A stretch of 64,000 nucleotides of DNA from Cyanophora paradoxa CCMP329 (lineage: Eukaryota > Plantae > Glaucophyta): positions 1 to 64,000 of the forward strand of contig QPMI01000404.1 of the NCBI GenBank assembly GCA_004431415.1. Reading direction: 5' to 3'. Below the pieces are notes generated by a model. It was given only the letters and a program-made list of their open reading frames with translations, searched no databases and was not told where the DNA came from. Shown here in pieces: positions 60,701-64,000 of this stretch. The position numbers were made by a program, and so were the translations under genes. Position 1 is the first letter of the stretch. Each line of letters begins with the position of its first letter.

Positions 60701-62567
60701 ACATGATCATGATCATGAGTCTCTAGCTGCCATTAAAAGAATACTGGGTTCCTGGCACATGTAAGCACCCGGAGATGATATCAGCGCCCCACTGTGTATC
60801 TGTAGAGTATTTGACGAGAAGCTCAGGGCTCCCGGGCATTGCGGCGGGGAAGAACGACTCCCTTATAGGGTTTCTCCGAGATCAATTTTGAGAGCCGATT
60901 CCCAGTCCGCCCGTGCCTTTCCAGCTCAGATGCCAACGGATACGAGTCATTTGATAGCGTGTTAGATAGGGCCTCAACGTGATTACCGGCTGCCGGGCTT
61001 CTATTCGCATTTCCTGGCGCGCGGAAGGCCTCAAAATGCCCGCCAAAAATAATGGCGACTTGCCCTGCAAAATAATGCACGGCACGCTACGAGCTAGCTT
61101 GCGGCCTGCGCCGACCTCAAAATCAAATCCAGCACTGTCAAGAACCCCCGAAAGCGTCTCATCGCCCGGATGTAACTTGTCAGATAAGATGCTATCCTTG
61201 GTGATTTCTGTCCTCGAGGCCTCTTCGGGGCAAGTTGCAAGTTGACAGTCTCGGCCGCGGAGAGCTCGCTTGACCTGACGCCGCTCCGTCATCTTGGTCC
61301 GCGACTGACTCCACATTTGCACCCCGCCCATTTCGAGGGTGGGGAATCCGAATCTGAAGTTCTCGTCAGCTCGTCCGTTCTCATATGCTCAGCGCGGCGA
61401 CTTCGCACTTCTTTGCACATGATCATGATCATGAGTCTCTAGCTGCCATTAAAAGAATACTGGGTTCCTGGCACATGTAAGCACCCGGAGATGATATCAG
61501 CGCCCCACTGTGTATCTGTAGAGTATTTGACGAGAAGCTCAGGGCTCCCGGGCATTGCGGCGGGGAAGAACGACTCCCTTATAGGGTTTCTCCCGAGATC
61601 AATTTTGAGAGCCGATTCCCAGTCCGCCCGTGCCTTTCCAGCTCAGATGCCAACGAATACGAGTCATTTGATAGCGTGTTAGATAGGGCCTCAACGTGAT
61701 TACCGGCTGCCGGGCTTCTATTCGCATTTCCTGGCGCGCGGGAAGGCCTCAAAATGCCCGCCAAAAATAATGGCGACTTGCCCTGCAAAATAATGCACGG
61801 CACGCTACGAGCTAGCTTGCGGCCTGCGCCGACCTCAAAATCAAATCCAGCACTGTCAAGAACCCCCGAAAGCGTCTCATCGCCCGGATGTAACTTGTCA
61901 GATAAGATGCTATCCTTGGTGATTTCCAAGTTCTGTCCTCGAGGCCTCTTTGGGGCAAGTTGACAGTCTCGGAGAGCTCGCTTGACCTGACGCCGCTCCG
62001 TCATCTTGGTCCGCGACTGACTCCACATTTGCACCCCGCCCATTTCGAGGGTGGGGAATCCGAATCTGAAGTTCTCGTCAGCTCGTCCGTTCTCATATGC
62101 TCAGCGCGGCGACTTCGCACTTCTTTGCACATGATCATGATCATGAGTCTCTAGCTGCCATTAAAAGAATACTGGGTTCCTGGCACATGTAAGCACCCGG
62201 AGATGATATCAGCGCCCCACTGTGTATCTGTAGAGTATTTGACGAGAAGCTCAGGGCTCCCGGGCATTGCGGCGGGGAAGAACGACTCCCTTATAGGGTT
62301 TCTCCCGAGATCAATTTTGAGAGCCGATTCCCAGTCCGCCCGTGCCTTTCCAGCTCAGATGCCAACGGATACGAGTCATTTGATAGCGTGTTAGATAGGG
62401 CCTCAACGTGATTACCGGCTGCCGGGCTTCTATTCGCATTTCCTGGCGCGCGGGAAGGCCTCAAAATGCCCGCCAAAAATAATGGCGACTTGCCCTGCAA
62501 AATAATGCACGGCACGCTACGAGCTAGCTTGCGGCCTGCGCCGACCTCAAAATCAAATCCAGCACTG
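57703..62567. repeat. ~712-736 bp tandem satellite, ~6.7 copies, with trimeric higher-order structure
   Basis: The anchor GTCTCTAGCTGCCATTAAAAG occurs at ~57820, 58556, 59273, 59990, 60718, 61434 and 62146. Confidence 0.95.
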
Positions 62568-62574
62568 AGAGCCT

Positions 62575-64000
62575 AGTGCCCGCCCGCCGCACCTCTGCCC
62601 CGCCCGGAGAGCCGCGCCTCCGCCCCGCCCGGCGAGCCGCCGACGCCGCTTGCTGCGCCCCCGGCCCGCCTTGCGAGCCGTGCGGCCGCCCGCCGCGCCT
62701 CTGCCCCGCCCGGCGAACCGCGCCGCCGCCCGCCGCGCCCCGGCCCGCCTGGCGAGCCGCGCGGCCGCCCGCCGAGCGTCTGCCCCGGTCCGCGAGCCGC
62801 CGCCGCCGCCCGGCCGCGCCTCCGTCCCACCCCACGAGCCGCGCCATAGCCCGCCGCGCCTTCGCCCCGCCCGGCGAGCTGCCTCCGCCGCCCTCCGCGC
62901 CTCCGCCCGCACGGCGGAGCCCCGCCGCCGCCCGCCGCGCCCCCGGCCCGCCCGGCGAGCCGCGCCGCCGCCAGCCGCGCCCCCGGCCCGCCTGGCGAGC
63001 CGCACGGCCGCCCGCCGCGCCTCCGTCCCGCCCCGCGAGCCGCCGCCGCCGCCCGCCGCGCCTCCGCCCCGCCCAGCCGAGCCTTGCGGCCGCCCGCCGC
63101 GCCTCCGCCCCGCCCAGCGGAGCCTCGCGGCCGCCCGCCGCGCCTCCGCCTGGCCCGGCGAGCTGCCTCCGCCTCCTGCCGCGCCTCCGTCACGCCTCGC
63201 GAGCCGCGCCGCCGCCCGCCGCGCCCCCGGCCCACCTGGCGAGCCTCGCCGCTGCCCGCCGCGCCACAGTCTCGCCCGGCGAGCCGCGCCGCCGCCCGCC
63301 GCGCCCCCGGCCCGCCCGGCGAGCCGCGCCGCCGCCCGCCGCGCCCCCGGCCCGCCTGGCGAGCCGCGCGGCCGCCCGCCGAGCGTCTGCCCCGGTCCGC
63401 GAGCCGCCGCCGCCGCCCGCCGCGCCTCCGTCCCGCCCCGCGAGCCGCCTCCGCCGCCCGCCGCGCCTCCGCCCCGCCCAGCGGAGCCTCGCGGCCGCCC
63501 GCTGCGCCTCCGCCCGGCCCGGCGAGCTGCCTCCGCCGCCTGCCGCGCCTCCGCCCCGCCCGGCGAGCCGCCGACGCCGCTTGCTGCGCCTCCATCCCGC
63601 CCCGCGAGCCGCCGCCGCCGCCCGCCGCGCCTCCGCCCCGCCCAGCGAGGCGCGCCGCCGCCCGCCGCGCCTCCGCCCCGGCCCGCGAGGCGCGCGGCCG
63701 CCCGCCGAGCGTCTGCCCCGCCACTCGCCGCCGCCCGCGAGGATCCATCCCGCTCCGCGAGCCGCGCCGCCGCCCGCCGCGCCCCCGGCCCACCTGGCGA
63801 GCCTCGCCGCCGCCCGCCGCGCCTCCGCCCCGCCCAGCGGAGCCTCGCGGCCGCCCGCCGCGCCTCCGCCCGGCCCGGCAAGCTGCCTCCGCCGCCTGCC
63901 GCGCCTCCGCCCCGCCCAGCGAGCCGCCGACGCCACCCGCCGCGCCCCCGGCCCGCCTGGCGAGCCGTGCGGCCGCCCGCCGCGCCTCTGCCCCGCCCGG
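62575..64000. repeat. C-rich minisatellite, right arm of the inverted repeat (runs off the window)
   Basis: Reverse-complement match to the 56.6-57.3 kb arm, including the unique marker GGATGGATCCTCG (near 56870 and 63745). Confidence 0.85.

Noticed and set aside
57834-62515. Recurrent ~150-aa ORF in the satellite unit
   Set aside because: Frames differ between units through indels, and no recognisable motifs are present.

Overview
GC-rich eukaryotic (protist/alga-like) DNA made up mostly of mobile elements. (1) 1-6811 is the right part of an AT-rich, CpG-depleted Polinton-like element, element A. It carries a D5-like helicase, a GIY-YIG nuclease, pPolB and an rve integrase, all frameshifted, and ends in a near-perfect hairpin. 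(2) ~6830-10263 is an intron-rich host gene on the minus strand for a secreted protein with tandem CUB-like modules. (3) ~10.4-26.4 kb is palindrome-rich DNA with hAT remnants, a tRNA-derived SINE and short poly(A) retroposed inserts. (4) ~28.0-52.2 kb is a giant non-LTR retrotransposon on the minus strand. Its reconstructed single ORF (~4,100-4,400 aa) reads: hydrophobic N-terminus, APE, RT, then an RNase H split by a ~1,170-aa insert holding two Ulp1/SENP-like protease domains, then a CCHC finger. (5) A complete 10,275-bp Polinton-like virus, element B (30331-40605; 237-bp TIRs; 6-bp TSD CCCATC), is inserted into that ORF. It encodes integrase, pPolB, A32 ATPase, major and minor capsid proteins, an AT-hook protein and an AP2 protein, with no recognisable protease. 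(6) 52.9-64 kb holds tandem repeats, including a ~720-bp satellite with trimeric higher-order structure between inverted GC-rich arms. All protein calls come from motifs recognised by eye; no searches were run.
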